The position numbers were made by a program, and so were the translations under genes. Of a stretch of DNA of 32,000 nucleotides, positions 7,270-15,977 are shown piece after piece (within the stretch, counting starts at the first letter, position 1; every line of letters begins with the position of its first letter). Origin of the DNA: Thermofilum adornatum (GTDB lineage Archaea > Thermoproteota > Thermoprotei > Thermofilales > Thermofilaceae); NCBI RefSeq assembly GCF_000446015.1, contig NC_022093.1, positions 1,410,001 to 1,442,000 on the forward strand, read 5' to 3'. Under the pieces are notes generated by a model, which saw only the letters and a list, made by a program, of their open reading frames with translations, was not told the origin of the DNA and did no database searches.

Positions 7270-7950
7270 ATGCATATACTCCAGCTAAAGCCCCACCAGG
7301 AATCCTTCTACAAAGTGATACATGACAAGATTAAAGGCCTAGACGCAATCGTCCTATGCGAGGGCGCAAGCGACACAGAAGTAGCAAAAAAGATCCTCCG
7401 AAAAATAGAGAAAAAACTACCGAAAACCGACAAGCAGCCAGTTATCGCCTTCACAGACGCGGAGGGAAAAGAAAACATCCCACTCCTAGCCAGTGCCCTG
7501 CTCTTGCTCTCAAAACTCTCGAGAAAACTCAAGGCAATCGTTGTAATAATTGACGCGGACGAGGACACAGCTGAAAAAAGAACAAGAAGCCTAGTCGACA
7601 GCATACTCTCGCGCAAAGGAGACCTCCAGCTCCAGCTATCAGGCACCAAAAGAGACAACACGTCTAGCCAAGTCTTCATGTCCAACATACATGTAAACGG
7701 GAGAAAAATAAGACTCATAATCGCCGTAAACGGCGACCCAGGACTACGCTTAACCAAGCACACTCTTGAAGACCACTGCATTAACCTCATGGAACTATCC
7801 GTCCCAAAAGGAGCAACAAACGCCAAACAAATAGTCAACGACATAGCACTGTGTCTAGACAAAATAGACAAAACAGATCCACAAACAATATGCAGATCTT
7901 TTACACACATCTGCCGCGCACTAGAACTACTATACACAGAAACCACATAA
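7270..7950 (+). CDS. TOPRIM/DUF4435-like protein, the putative nuclease partner of the upstream ATPase.
   Basis: 226 aa, starting 3 nt after the ATPase stop. DAIVLCEGASDTEVAKKIL is a strand + E-G-x-x-D TOPRIM-type glutamate motif. AIVVIIDADED is a strand + DxD motif. Confidence 0.55.
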   Translation: MHILQLKPHQESFYKVIHDKIKGLDAIVLCEGASDTEVAKKILRKIEKKLPKTDKQPVIAFTDAEGKENIPLLASALLLLSKLSRKLKAIVVIIDADEDTAEKRTRSLVDSILSRKGDLQLQLSGTKRDNTSSQVFMSNIHVNGRKIRLIIAVNGDPGLRLTKHTLEDHCINLMELSVPKGATNAKQIVNDIALCLDKIDKTDPQTICRSFTHICRALELLYTETT

Positions 7951-8044
7951 ACAACCCAGCCAAAACAAAACAATCAAAGAGCCCTGACGCGTCCCAGCAA
8001 GCAAACACATAGCGAAAGGCCTAAGAAAGGCCATCTCAAGACAT

Positions 8045-8053
8045 ACATAAAAG
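8045..8053 (+). promoter_or_regulatory. TATA-like box for 8078-9094.
   Basis: acataaaag is centred about 29 nt upstream of the ATG at 8078. Confidence 0.3.
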
Positions 8054-8077
8054 TCGCATGCCAACGGGTTCCCATAT

Positions 8078-9094
8078 ATGCGAAGAGTCAAGCTCCGACT
8101 CGCTGGTCTACTCGTCGAGTTCACAGACAGAGAAAAAGCGCTAGCCCAAGTCCAAGAGTGGGCTGAAAGAGGCACAATCCAGCCTATAGTCATTTTTGGC
8201 CCCGAGGGATGCGGCAAAACAGCGCTCCTACGCCAGGCCTCCCACGTACTTAAAGATGCCGGCTACACAGTCTTCCACCTCTACCCACTTGACCGAATAT
8301 TCGAGGCAGACATCGAGGAGCCAGACATAAGGAAAGCCTTCCTAGACCTAGCCCAGAGAGCTCTCTCAGAAGACTCCCTTGGTAGGGTAGCCTGGGCAGT
8401 GTTCGACTTTATACGTGAAGCCCTCAAGAGAAAAAAGAGAAAGATCGCTGTCCTGGCGGACGACGTCTTCCAGGTCATTGGGGTTCAAAACGCCGCGGCA
8501 TACGTCAAGGGGCTACTAAACATGATAGAGCACCCACTCTATGACTACGAAAACATCGTAGCAATTGTGGCGACAAGCGAAGGCGTTTCCAGGAGAGAGA
8601 TAGCCAAGCATCTCTGGGCAAATCTAATGCCTATCTGGAACATGCCTAAAAACGGCTTCCAAGAAATCTACGAGAAACTACCCCACCCCAAGCCAGACTA
8701 CGAGAAAGCATGGAGCCTGACAGGCGGCAACCCCAGGATACTCTCAATCCTCTACGAGAAAAAATGGGACTCCAACACAACTGTAGGCGAGCTCGCCTCA
8801 AAAAAGCGGCTAACAGCCTTTATACTCTCGCTAAACCCGCAAGAGCGGGAATGGCTAGCCGAGGCAACAGAGGACCCAGACAAACTCTTCACAAGAGAAA
8901 AGCTACCACTCCTCGACAAACTTGTTGACCTCAACCTCATCGTAGACACCCTGGCATCTAGAGACCCACAACTCTGGGTCGACCAGCCCCCACCAGAGAA
9001 AGACCCACAGCTAGGCATAGGCAGACACATTGCCTGGCAGACGCCCCTACACAGGGAAGCAGTCAAAAAAGCACTAGAAGAATTTGCACGGTGA
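8078..9094 (+). CDS. Archaeal ATPase-family (Arch_ATPase-like) P-loop NTPase.
   Basis: 338 aa. Walker A is FGPEGCGKTALL and Walker B-like is IAVLADDVFQ. The C-terminal 40 aa are duplicated as a remnant at 12992-13111. Confidence 0.7.
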   Translation: MRRVKLRLAGLLVEFTDREKALAQVQEWAERGTIQPIVIFGPEGCGKTALLRQASHVLKDAGYTVFHLYPLDRIFEADIEEPDIRKAFLDLAQRALSEDSLGRVAWAVFDFIREALKRKKRKIAVLADDVFQVIGVQNAAAYVKGLLNMIEHPLYDYENIVAIVATSEGVSRREIAKHLWANLMPIWNMPKNGFQEIYEKLPHPKPDYEKAWSLTGGNPRILSILYEKKWDSNTTVGELASKKRLTAFILSLNPQEREWLAEATEDPDKLFTREKLPLLDKLVDLNLIVDTLASRDPQLWVDQPPPEKDPQLGIGRHIAWQTPLHREAVKKALEEFAR

Positions 9095-9307
9095 AAACAG
9101 GATATGTTTCCAAATAGCCATGCTGACCCCTAATTAAATGGGGAAATAGACATGAAGTCGGAAAATGAAAGTTGATGCAAGAGGGAAACCCCATTGCATA
9201 GAAAGCTGAGTCATTCTCTGGACACTAGACATATAGCATCATCAGATGCAACAGGTTTTTTAAAATGTTGTAATACTTTACAGTATAGGGGTCAAGTGGA
9301 GGACTGA

Positions 9308-9502
<195 letters not shown>

Positions 9503-9535
9503 ACGCGTGGAAAGAGGTAGGTAGGTGGAGGCAAG

Positions 9536-9685
9536 ATGAGGGTAAACTACGACCCAGAAGCAGACATACTATACATAATAATCAGGGAGGGTCCAATAAA
9601 GGACACTGTAGAGGCGGACGACGACGTGTTAATTGAGATTGCAGAGGACGGAAACGTGGCTGGAATAGAGATATGGAATGCCTAG
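9536..9685 (+). CDS. DUF2283-like small protein of 49 aa.
   Basis: The product is MRVNYDPEADILYIIIREGPIKDTVEADDDVLIEIAEDGNVAGIEIWNA, showing the YDxEADxLYI ... G.v.GIEI pattern. A purine-rich ggtaggtggagg lies just upstream. Confidence 0.6.
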   Translation: MRVNYDPEADILYIIIREGPIKDTVEADDDVLIEIAEDGNVAGIEIWNA

Positions 9686-9808
9686 AAAAATCTCCTAGAA
9701 CCAATCGTGAAAGTGTTCTCCGCAAAGATTAGAAAATCTCTTGAAGCAACTACGAGGCAGTAGACAATGGCTGAATTACATAGGAGCTTGTGCAATAGTT
9801 GCAGGGGC

Positions 9809-9880
9809 ATGTCTATAGGCAGGTAGGCTTTGGAGAACCCCGTGAAAGATTTGGCTGAATTGCCTTCGCAGAAGCGTTAA
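9809..9880 (+). pseudogene. Decayed 5' remnant of a paralog of the 13326-13643 gene.
   Basis: gggcatgtctataggcagg is identical to 13322-13340. Here it reads MSIGR followed by an in-frame TAG. The upstream 25 nt also resemble 13299-13325. Confidence 0.5.
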
Positions 9881-10088
9881 AGAATGGATAGCACAGCGCC
9901 CCCATAGACGCTTGATGACAAGGAGGTCATAGCCGCACTATCGCTAATATTATACCTCGCCTCGAGCCAAAGATAACTGGTCCACAAAAGACGAGACTTT
10001 CTAGAGTATCCCCTTCGCCCCTCTATTCTAACCCGCGAAACGAATTATTCCTTCACATGCTTCTTCGAGTATGTCCGGAGAAAACGCT

Positions 10089-10961
10089 CTAGGGGCTTAG
10101 TGGCCATTCCTGGAGTTTTCTCATTTTTGGCTCGACGAAGACTATCTTGAAGACTAGGGCCCCGATTCTTAGCTTGGCGGCGTAGTCGAGGAGCTCTTTT
10201 CTGCCGGACACTGTGTATTCTTTTTCCATTATTTCGGCTATGTCCTCGAGCTCCCTTATGTCGTCCATGGTGAATGTGTCTGGGTCCTTGTTTAGTAGCT
10301 CTCTGAGCCTGTTCTCTACCTCTTTAGTGTAGTACTTCGACCTTGAGCCGGGGATCATTCCCCTGAGAGCGACTAGAAGCGTTAACGCCTCAGTCCTGCT
10401 TACTACGCCTTTTTCCTCCAGGACCTTCAATAGGAGCTCGTTGAAGCCGAAGATTCCCTTCTCGAGCTTGTCCAGCCTGGTACTTACGCCATCAATTTTA
10501 CTGTCGACTTCACCAAGCTTGGCTTGCAGGCTCTTTGTTGTGGTCTCGAGAATCCCCAGTCTAGCGTATATATCCTTTACATCCTCCTCGATACCTGCCA
10601 GCCTGCTTTCCACGTTCCTTAACCTGGCGTCCATATTTTTCACCGTTGTCTCAACTCCTGTAAGCTTGTTTTCCACGCTCCCTAATCTAGTATTTATCTC
10701 CCTTACAGTATTCTCAACATCTGTAAGCCTCTTCTCCATGTTTTCCAACCTAGCTTCGTGGGCTTCCAGCCTTGTCTCCACGCCTTTAAGCCTGGAATCC
10801 ATGCTCTTCACAGTTGTCTCGAGGCCCGCCAGCCTAGTATCATGGGCATCCAGCCTCGCTTCTACCTCTTTGAACCTAGCGTCAATTTTTCCAAACTGTT
10901 TTGCAAGCCAGTATCCTAGGCTGGCTGACGAAGAAGCTATCGAGAGTAGGATAACAGCCAT
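10089..10961 (-). CDS. N-terminally membrane-anchored coiled-coil protein with about 20 consecutive heptads.
   Basis: The ORF is listed as 10089-10979 (GTG). The ATG at 10961 gives MAVILLSIASSSASLGYWLAKQF, a signal-anchor, and lies about 30-35 nt from the TATA-like ataatttaa (minus strand). Heptads read ARLDAHD/TRLAGLE/TTVKSMD/SRLKGVE and so on. Confidence 0.7.
   Translation of the reverse strand: MAVILLSIASSSASLGYWLAKQFGKIDARFKEVEARLDAHDTRLAGLETTVKSMDSRLKGVETRLEAHEARLENMEKRLTDVENTVREINTRLGSVENKLTGVETTVKNMDARLRNVESRLAGIEEDVKDIYARLGILETTTKSLQAKLGEVDSKIDGVSTRLDKLEKGIFGFNELLLKVLEEKGVVSRTEALTLLVALRGMIPGSRSKYYTKEVENRLRELLNKDPDTFTMDDIRELEDIAEIMEKEYTVSGRKELLDYAAKLRIGALVFKIVFVEPKMRKLQEWPLSP
10461..10880 (-). 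repeat. Degenerate array of about 20 x 21 bp encoding heptads x-[RTK]-[LV]-x-x-[LVMI]-[EDN].
   Basis: It is read from the translation, residues about 28-167 of the protein, with no stutter or skip in register. Confidence 0.75.
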
Positions 10962-11258
10962 GTTGATTACATCGTCCACGCCACGCCCCCTTAAATTATG
11001 GCTCCAAGGCTTATAAGGATTTCACACAGGAGGCCCGCAAAGCTGTAGGCAAATTTTGGCCATACCCTAGCAAAAGTATCGTAAATGAGACGACCCGCAA
11101 TCTTAACTAGGAAAGGTCCTTGCCGAAAACAACGAATCGCGTTAAGGGAAGGGGCCAATATCTTTAAATTGGAAGGCCCCTGTCTACTTTCTACCAAAAA
11201 TCTATAAACAAATATACTGAAAGCTGAAGAATCAAGCATTGTCGGTAGCCTTTAATTC

Positions 11259-11267
11259 AAAATATAT
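11259..11267 (+). promoter_or_regulatory. TATA-like box for PaREP1 copy 2.
   Basis: aaaatatat is centred about 31 nt upstream of the ATG at 11294. Confidence 0.35.
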
Positions 11268-11293
11268 GATTCACTAGATAGTGATAAAGGATT

Positions 11294-11791
11294 ATGAGCC
11301 TGACGATTCCTAGAAGACTAGCTGAGGATCCCAAGAGGAGAAACCTGGACCCAGAGCCCCTTGTAGTCGATTTTCTAGTCAGTATGCTGGAACCCGACCC
11401 CCACGCAGCCGCAGAGTCCCACCTAGAACTAGCTGTGAGATACCTAGAAGAGGGAAAGAATCTCATCGACACGGACCCCGTCCAGGCCAGTGAAAAACTC
11501 TACAAGGTCGCGGAGGAGGCCGTCAAGGCGCTCACAACACACTTCAACTTAAAGGATATCCTTGAAGATGTAGAGAAGAGTGGAACCTGGAGCCTCGGGA
11601 AGCTCGAGAAGGCCGTTCTAAGCATATCCGACAAGGTGGGCGACTGGTTCAGATCCTCATGGGACACTGCGTGGGCGCTCCACGTCTGGGGCTTCCACGA
11701 GGCAAAATTCGACGCCGAAGATGTCAGGAGGAGGTTGCCGAGCATCGATAGAATGGTTACAGAAGCCCAGAGGATCGCCGAAAAGAAGTAG
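11294..11791 (+). CDS. PaREP1-family protein, copy 2.
   Basis: 165 aa, a paralog of 3704-4234 (HLELAVRYLEEGK, SEKLYKVAEEAVKAL, WDTAWALHVWGFHEAK). Confidence 0.75.
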   Translation: MSLTIPRRLAEDPKRRNLDPEPLVVDFLVSMLEPDPHAAAESHLELAVRYLEEGKNLIDTDPVQASEKLYKVAEEAVKALTTHFNLKDILEDVEKSGTWSLGKLEKAVLSISDKVGDWFRSSWDTAWALHVWGFHEAKFDAEDVRRRLPSIDRMVTEAQRIAEKK

Positions 11792-12078
11792 CGCGCGCCA
11801 AAAAGGTCTAGAAGCACGGAGCATTAAAGAGCTAGAGGCAAACAGACTCATCCCAGCGAAAAAACCAACAGCCAAAGCACAGCGCTCACTCTCCACAACC
11901 ACGAGCCAACACCGGGGAGACGTAGAGCTACACGCAAACAAAACGGCCCTCCAGTACAGCGAGTCAACACACGCTTAAGCCTTCCTTATTAGCGCACGCT
12001 CTTACGTAAAACACACGTGAAAGCGCTTCAAGAATAGTCCTCCCATGCGAAAATACGCTGATAACACAAACACGTCGC

Positions 12079-12729
12079 CTACTCTATTATGCTTCCGCAT
12101 ATAACCTCTATACCCAGCTGTCTAGCCCTATCATAAGCCTCCTTATCAACGTTCACGGCGACCAAAAACACCCCGCTCACGCTCTTCGCCAAGTATTTCT
12201 CGACAGCCCTCACCTTCTCGTAAAGAGCCTCGACATGGTCCAGCTCAGCCCTAGACTTCACCTCCACCAAGTAGAGCTTCCCATCCCTAACAGAGACATC
12301 TATGTCAACAATCCTCCCCCTCACCCCAGTAATGCTCCCATCCCTATCCGTAAACCTCAGCTTTTCCACCTTGCCAGGCTCGATCCCCCTTTTTTCTAGC
12401 TCCTCCCTGAATATCTCAAGCACCATCCTCTCAAGATCCTCCCCCCACCCCCTTCCCATGCTCCCAATGGTAACCTCAACCCTCATACTTAACTTGTTGA
12501 AGTCCTCCCTAAGCTTCTTCATCTCAGCGTTAAAGTCTCCTCTCAGCTTACTCATCTCGGTGTTGAAGTCTTCCCTAAACTTCTTTATTTCGTTGACTAC
12601 CTTGTTGAATTTCCTGTCATGCCTCTCCAGCCTCCTCAGGACATCGCCGTACCCAAGCTTCCCGGCTACCATCAGCCTGAACTCCCTATCCTCGTCTAGA
12701 AGCCTTAGAAACTCCCCCCTCAGGTTCAC
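12079..12729 (-). CDS. Coiled-coil (hendecad repeat) protein with a C-terminal PD-(D/E)xK-like nuclease-fold domain. Paralog of 988-1815.
   Basis: The ORF is listed to 12897, but homology with the 988 paralog begins at the GTG at 12729 (VNLRGEFLRLLDEDREFRLMVAGKLGY). The C-terminus IVDIDVSV...LYLVEVKS is a D..D...E-x-K motif. Confidence 0.65.
   Translation of the reverse strand: MNLRGEFLRLLDEDREFRLMVAGKLGYGDVLRRLERHDRKFNKVVNEIKKFREDFNTEMSKLRGDFNAEMKKLREDFNKLSMRVEVTIGSMGRGWGEDLERMVLEIFREELEKRGIEPGKVEKLRFTDRDGSITGVRGRIVDIDVSVRDGKLYLVEVKSRAELDHVEALYEKVRAVEKYLAKSVSGVFLVAVNVDKEAYDRARQLGIEVICGSIIE
12496..12594 (-). repeat. Tandem array of 3 x 33 bp encoding the hendecads [KS]K[FL]R[EG]DFN[TAK][EL][MS].
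   Basis: Plus-strand units are gttgaagtcctccctaagcttcttcatctcagc, gttaaagtctcctctcagcttactcatctcggt and gttgaagtcttccctaaacttctttatttcgtt. Confidence 0.85.
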
Positions 12730-12991
12730 ACGAAAAAATAGGATCGAGAGATACAAAAACACACCACTGATAGCAACCTTAAACCCTTCCGAAAGTTCCA
12801 CTCGCCTATCACACCGCCTCAAACATCCAATACTGAAAACAAAGAAAAAGCCCCAACAAATCGGAGACCCCTCACACCTCCATGAATACACATACACCTC
12901 AGAGGACCATAATTACCATCAGAAGAGGCTTACATGATAACATCCCTTCCAAGAAAACTCAGCCACATGCAACAAATCAGGCAGAACGTGC

Positions 12992-13111
12992 CTCTGGGTC
13001 GACGAGCCACCACCCGAAAGGAACCTAGACCTCGGCATCGGCAAGCACATAGCCCAGCAAACAACAATACACAGAGAAGCGGTCAAAAAGGCGCTAGAGA
13101 ATGCTGAGTAA
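12992..13111 (+). pseudogene. 3' remnant (about 39 codons plus stop) of an archaeal-ATPase paralog.
   Basis: It translates to LWVDEPPPERNLDLGIGKHIAQQTTIHREAVKKALENAE*, which aligns with the C-terminus LWVDQPPPEKDPQLGIGRHIAWQTPLHREAVKKALEEFAR* of 8078-9094. Similarity stops abruptly upstream of about 12990. Confidence 0.65.
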
Positions 13112-13291
13112 AAAACCTGAAACCGTGCACACAGTGCCTAGAGCCTAGGCGCGCACTATTCCCAGGGACAGTGCCGTGGCTAGTGCTAGGAGGAGTTGCC
13201 AGCAGGTTTTTTCTCCTTTTCGTGAGCTCTTAGGCTATCGAGTTGCGTGCTAAAAGCATGGGATGTGAAGAGTCATCCACCTCAGTCATAC

Positions 13292-13299
13292 TTATATAT
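13292..13299 (+). promoter_or_regulatory. TATA box for 13326-13643.
   Basis: ttatatat is centred about 30 nt upstream of the ATG at 13326. Confidence 0.35.
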
Positions 13300-13325
13300 T
13301 GACTTACTGTAACATCTTGTTGGGC

Positions 13326-13643
13326 ATGTCTATAGGCAGGCAGCTCTTAGAGGAGCTTAGGAGAGACGAGGAACTTAGGAGGAATTTGGCTGAGGAGCTC
13401 CTGCCCGAGGTCCTAAGACACAGAGACCTCAGAAAGGCAATGCTCCTAGCATTATCTAGAGAGATGGCCACAAAGGAGGACATAGAAGAGCTGAAATCCT
13501 ACGTAGACGCGAGGATCAACGATGTAAATAGGAGGATAAGCGACCTCTACGTCGTCGTCAAGGCATCCCGGGTCGCCATCATAGCTACACTAATCTCAAC
13601 AATACTTGTACCACTCATACTGAGAATCCTCTTCCACTCCTAA
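13326..13643 (+). CDS. Tail-anchored coiled-coil protein, DUF1640-like pattern.
   Basis: The ORF is listed from the TTG at 13299. The ATG at 13326 (MSIGRQLLEEL...) is preferred because of the TATA spacing and conservation with the 9809 remnant. It contains MATKEDIEELKSYVDARINDVNRRISDL followed by the C-terminal TM segment VAIIATLISTILVPLILRILF. Confidence 0.6.
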   Translation: MSIGRQLLEELRRDEELRRNLAEELLPEVLRHRDLRKAMLLALSREMATKEDIEELKSYVDARINDVNRRISDLYVVVKASRVAIIATLISTILVPLILRILFHS

Positions 13644-13878
13644 CCACCGCTAACACTTATCCCTGCAAATCACATCAGTAAAGCCTAACAACGAAACCAG
13701 GCAACCTTCCCAGACCTCCCAACAGTGAATAGCCCCAAATAACAAAAAACTCTAGGCATGCAACGCTCTGCCCAGAGCAAGAACAAGGTGCACTATAGAG
13801 AGCAATAAAAGTTTCTATTCAATAATCGTATGGCTATTCGAAGAATTAAAACTTCGCATCATAGAAAAACTCAAAACA

Positions 13879-13888
13879 TTTATTATTA
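13879..13888 (+). promoter_or_regulatory. TATA box for the rml operon.
   Basis: tttattatta is centred about 26 nt upstream of the ATG at 13909. Confidence 0.4.
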
Positions 13889-13908
13889 TGGCTTAGATAT
13901 TTTCCCCT

Positions 13909-14979
13909 ATGAAGGGCGTCGTTCTCCACGGGGGCCTAGGCACACGTCTCCGACCCCTAACGCACACAGGGCCCAAACAGCTTCTCCGTATTGCTGGAAA
14001 GCCTGTCTCACAGTGGGTCCTAGAAGACCTACGGGAAGCAGGAGTACGGGACGTCGCAATCATACTTGGAAACCTAGCTCCCGAGAGGGTCGTAGAGTAC
14101 TATGGGGACGGCTCCTGGCTAGGCTTGAACCTCACCTACATCTACCAGGGATACCCCTACGGCCTTGCACACGCAGTATACCTTGCAAGGGACTTCGTGG
14201 GTGACGAGCCTTTCGTCGTCTACCTCGGGGACAACGTGATACTCGAGGGCATAACACACTTCGCCAAAAAGTTCGAGGAAACCGATGCAGAGGCAATGGT
14301 CCTCCTGACAGAGGTAGAGAACCCCCAGCGCTTCGGCGTAGCCAAGTTCCAGGACGGGAGGCTTGTAGGCTTCATCGAGAAGCCAAAGATACCGCCAAGC
14401 ACCCTAGCACTCGTCGGCATATACTTCTTTAGGTCCCCAAAGGTCTTCGGGGTCATCGAGTCCCTAAGGCCGAGCTGGAGGGGCGAGCTAGAGATAACAG
14501 ACGCGCTCCAGGGGCTCATCGATAGGGGACTCAAGGTCGAGTACGGCGTGATCAGGGGCTGGTGGAAAGACACGGGGACTCCACAAGACATATTGGAGGC
14601 CAACAGGCTTCTCCTAGACGCGAAGTACAGGGAAAAAGTGGTCAAAGGCCAGGTTCAGGCTTCAAGCGTAGAGGGCAGGGTCTACATAGAGGAGGGCGCG
14701 GCCATTAGGAACAGCACGGTAAGGGGACCCGCATTCATAGGCTCGGGCACAGTCATCGAGGACTCCTACATTGGTCCCTACACGAGCATAGGCAGAAACT
14801 GCAAGTTCACACGGGTAGAGGCAGAGAACAGCGTATTCATGGACGGGGTCCAGCTAGAAGACATACCAGAAAGGATCACAGACAGCATTATAGGCGCAGA
14901 GGCAATAATCAGAAGCAATTCTTCAAAGCCCAAAGGCCTAAAACTAATAGTCGGAGAAAAATCAGTGATCGAGATATGA
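13909..14979 (+). CDS. rmlA: Glucose-1-phosphate thymidylyltransferase, long archaeal form with a C-terminal left-handed beta-helix domain.
   Basis: It has the GGLGTRLRPLT nucleotidyltransferase motif, hexapeptide-repeat-like C-terminus (VEGRVYIEEGAAIRNSTVRGPAFIGSGTVIEDSYIG), and operon context with rmlB/D/C. Confidence 0.8.
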   Translation: MKGVVLHGGLGTRLRPLTHTGPKQLLRIAGKPVSQWVLEDLREAGVRDVAIILGNLAPERVVEYYGDGSWLGLNLTYIYQGYPYGLAHAVYLARDFVGDEPFVVYLGDNVILEGITHFAKKFEETDAEAMVLLTEVENPQRFGVAKFQDGRLVGFIEKPKIPPSTLALVGIYFFRSPKVFGVIESLRPSWRGELEITDALQGLIDRGLKVEYGVIRGWWKDTGTPQDILEANRLLLDAKYREKVVKGQVQASSVEGRVYIEEGAAIRNSTVRGPAFIGSGTVIEDSYIGPYTSIGRNCKFTRVEAENSVFMDGVQLEDIPERITDSIIGAEAIIRSNSSKPKGLKLIVGEKSVIEI

Positions 14980-15977
14980 GGCTACTCGTTACCGGCGGGG
15001 CAGGCTTCATGGGCTCAAACTTTGTACACTACATCTATGCCTCGCGCCCAGACGCAGAGATCCTCGTATACGACAAGTTCACCTACGCCGGCAGAATAGA
15101 GAACCTAAAAGAGCTGGACACCTCGAGGGTCAAGATAGTTAAGGGAGACATCCTAGACCAAGAAAAATTCACTGAGACCCTTAAAGCTTTCCAGCCAGAC
15201 TACGTTGTACACTTTGCCGCCGAAACCCACGTAGACAGGAGCATAAAGGACCCTTCCATATTCATAGACGTAAACGTCAAGGGCGTATACATTATACTCG
15301 AGGCTCTACGCAGACACGACGGCCCCAAGCTCATACACATATCCACAGACGAGGTATACGGAGACATATCAGGCGAACCAGTAACAGAGGAAGCCCCCTT
15401 CAAGCCCAGTAGCCCATACAGCGCCAGCAAGGCGTCCGGAGACCTCCTCTGCCAAGCATACTGGAGAACATACAGCCTACCCGTAAGGATAGTCCGGCCC
15501 TCCAACAACTATGGGCCCAGACAGTTCCCAGAAAAACTAATACCCAAAACAATCCTACGCGCACTGAACGGTTTGCCGATACCAGTCTATGGCGACGGCT
15601 CCCAGGAGAGGGACTGGCTCTACGTCGAAGACTTCTCCAGGGGCCTGGAAACAATAATACTCAGAGGCAGAGACGGCGAGGCATACAACCTCCCAGGACT
15701 AAACCCCAAAACAAACATCCAAGTCATACAAGACATACTCACGCTCCTCGGCAAGCCCCACAGTCTCATAACATTCGTCCCAGACAGGCCCGGACACGAC
15801 AAGAGATACGCGATGAGGGGAGACAAGGTACTCAGCCTAGGCTGGAAGCCCCAGACACCCTGGCTAGACGGGCTCAGAAAAACAATCGAATGGTACAAGG
15901 CAAACGAGTGGTGGTGGAGGCCCCTCCTAGGAGACGAGTTCTTCTCAAAAGACACTCCCTGGGGTGGGACAAGATGA
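14976..15977 (+). CDS. rmlB: dTDP-glucose 4,6-dehydratase.
   Basis: Rossmann motif VTGGAGFMGSNF and SDR catalytic motif YSASKASGD are present. The product is 333 aa. The start overlaps the rmlA stop (ATGA). Confidence 0.9.
   Translation: MRLLVTGGAGFMGSNFVHYIYASRPDAEILVYDKFTYAGRIENLKELDTSRVKIVKGDILDQEKFTETLKAFQPDYVVHFAAETHVDRSIKDPSIFIDVNVKGVYIILEALRRHDGPKLIHISTDEVYGDISGEPVTEEAPFKPSSPYSASKASGDLLCQAYWRTYSLPVRIVRPSNNYGPRQFPEKLIPKTILRALNGLPIPVYGDGSQERDWLYVEDFSRGLETIILRGRDGEAYNLPGLNPKTNIQVIQDILTLLGKPHSLITFVPDRPGHDKRYAMRGDKVLSLGWKPQTPWLDGLRKTIEWYKANEWWWRPLLGDEFFSKDTPWGGTR

Noticed and set aside
9171-9210. An imperfect hairpin tgcaagagggaaaccccattgca, with TGATGC upstream and CTGA downstream, as a possible small RNA or terminator after the ATPase gene.
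   Set aside because: The box spacing of about 33 nt is too short, and the C box is imperfect for a C/D sRNA. The stem has internal mismatches. I cannot support a call without covariance or expression data.
10991-11239. An 82-aa minus-strand ORF in the divergent intergenic region between 10961 and 11294.
   Set aside because: It occupies the space needed for the two divergent promoters, has no motifs, and its composition is like non-coding sequence.
12730-12897. A 56-codon N-terminal extension of the minus-strand coiled-coil gene.
   Set aside because: It has no counterpart in the paralog 988-1815 and is Cys/Phe-rich, with atypical composition. Homology starts exactly at the GTG at 12729. I kept it as an alternative start only.
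13150-13225. The small inverted repeat gcctag-agc-ctaggc, duplicated cagtgcc strings and a T-run downstream of the ATPase remnant.
   Set aside because: These are too short to distinguish from chance. They may be the leftover terminator of the decayed gene, but there is no independent support.
13830-14204. A 124-aa ORF overlapping the rmlA start in another frame.
   Set aside because: The translation is basic and low-complexity. The rmlA frame has a clear nucleotidyltransferase motif and a well-spaced TATA box.
15890-15973. A 28-codon N-terminal extension of rmlD in the ORF track.
   Set aside because: It lies within the rmlB coding sequence. The Rossmann motif begins right after the ATG at 15974, which forms an ATGA overlap with the rmlB stop.
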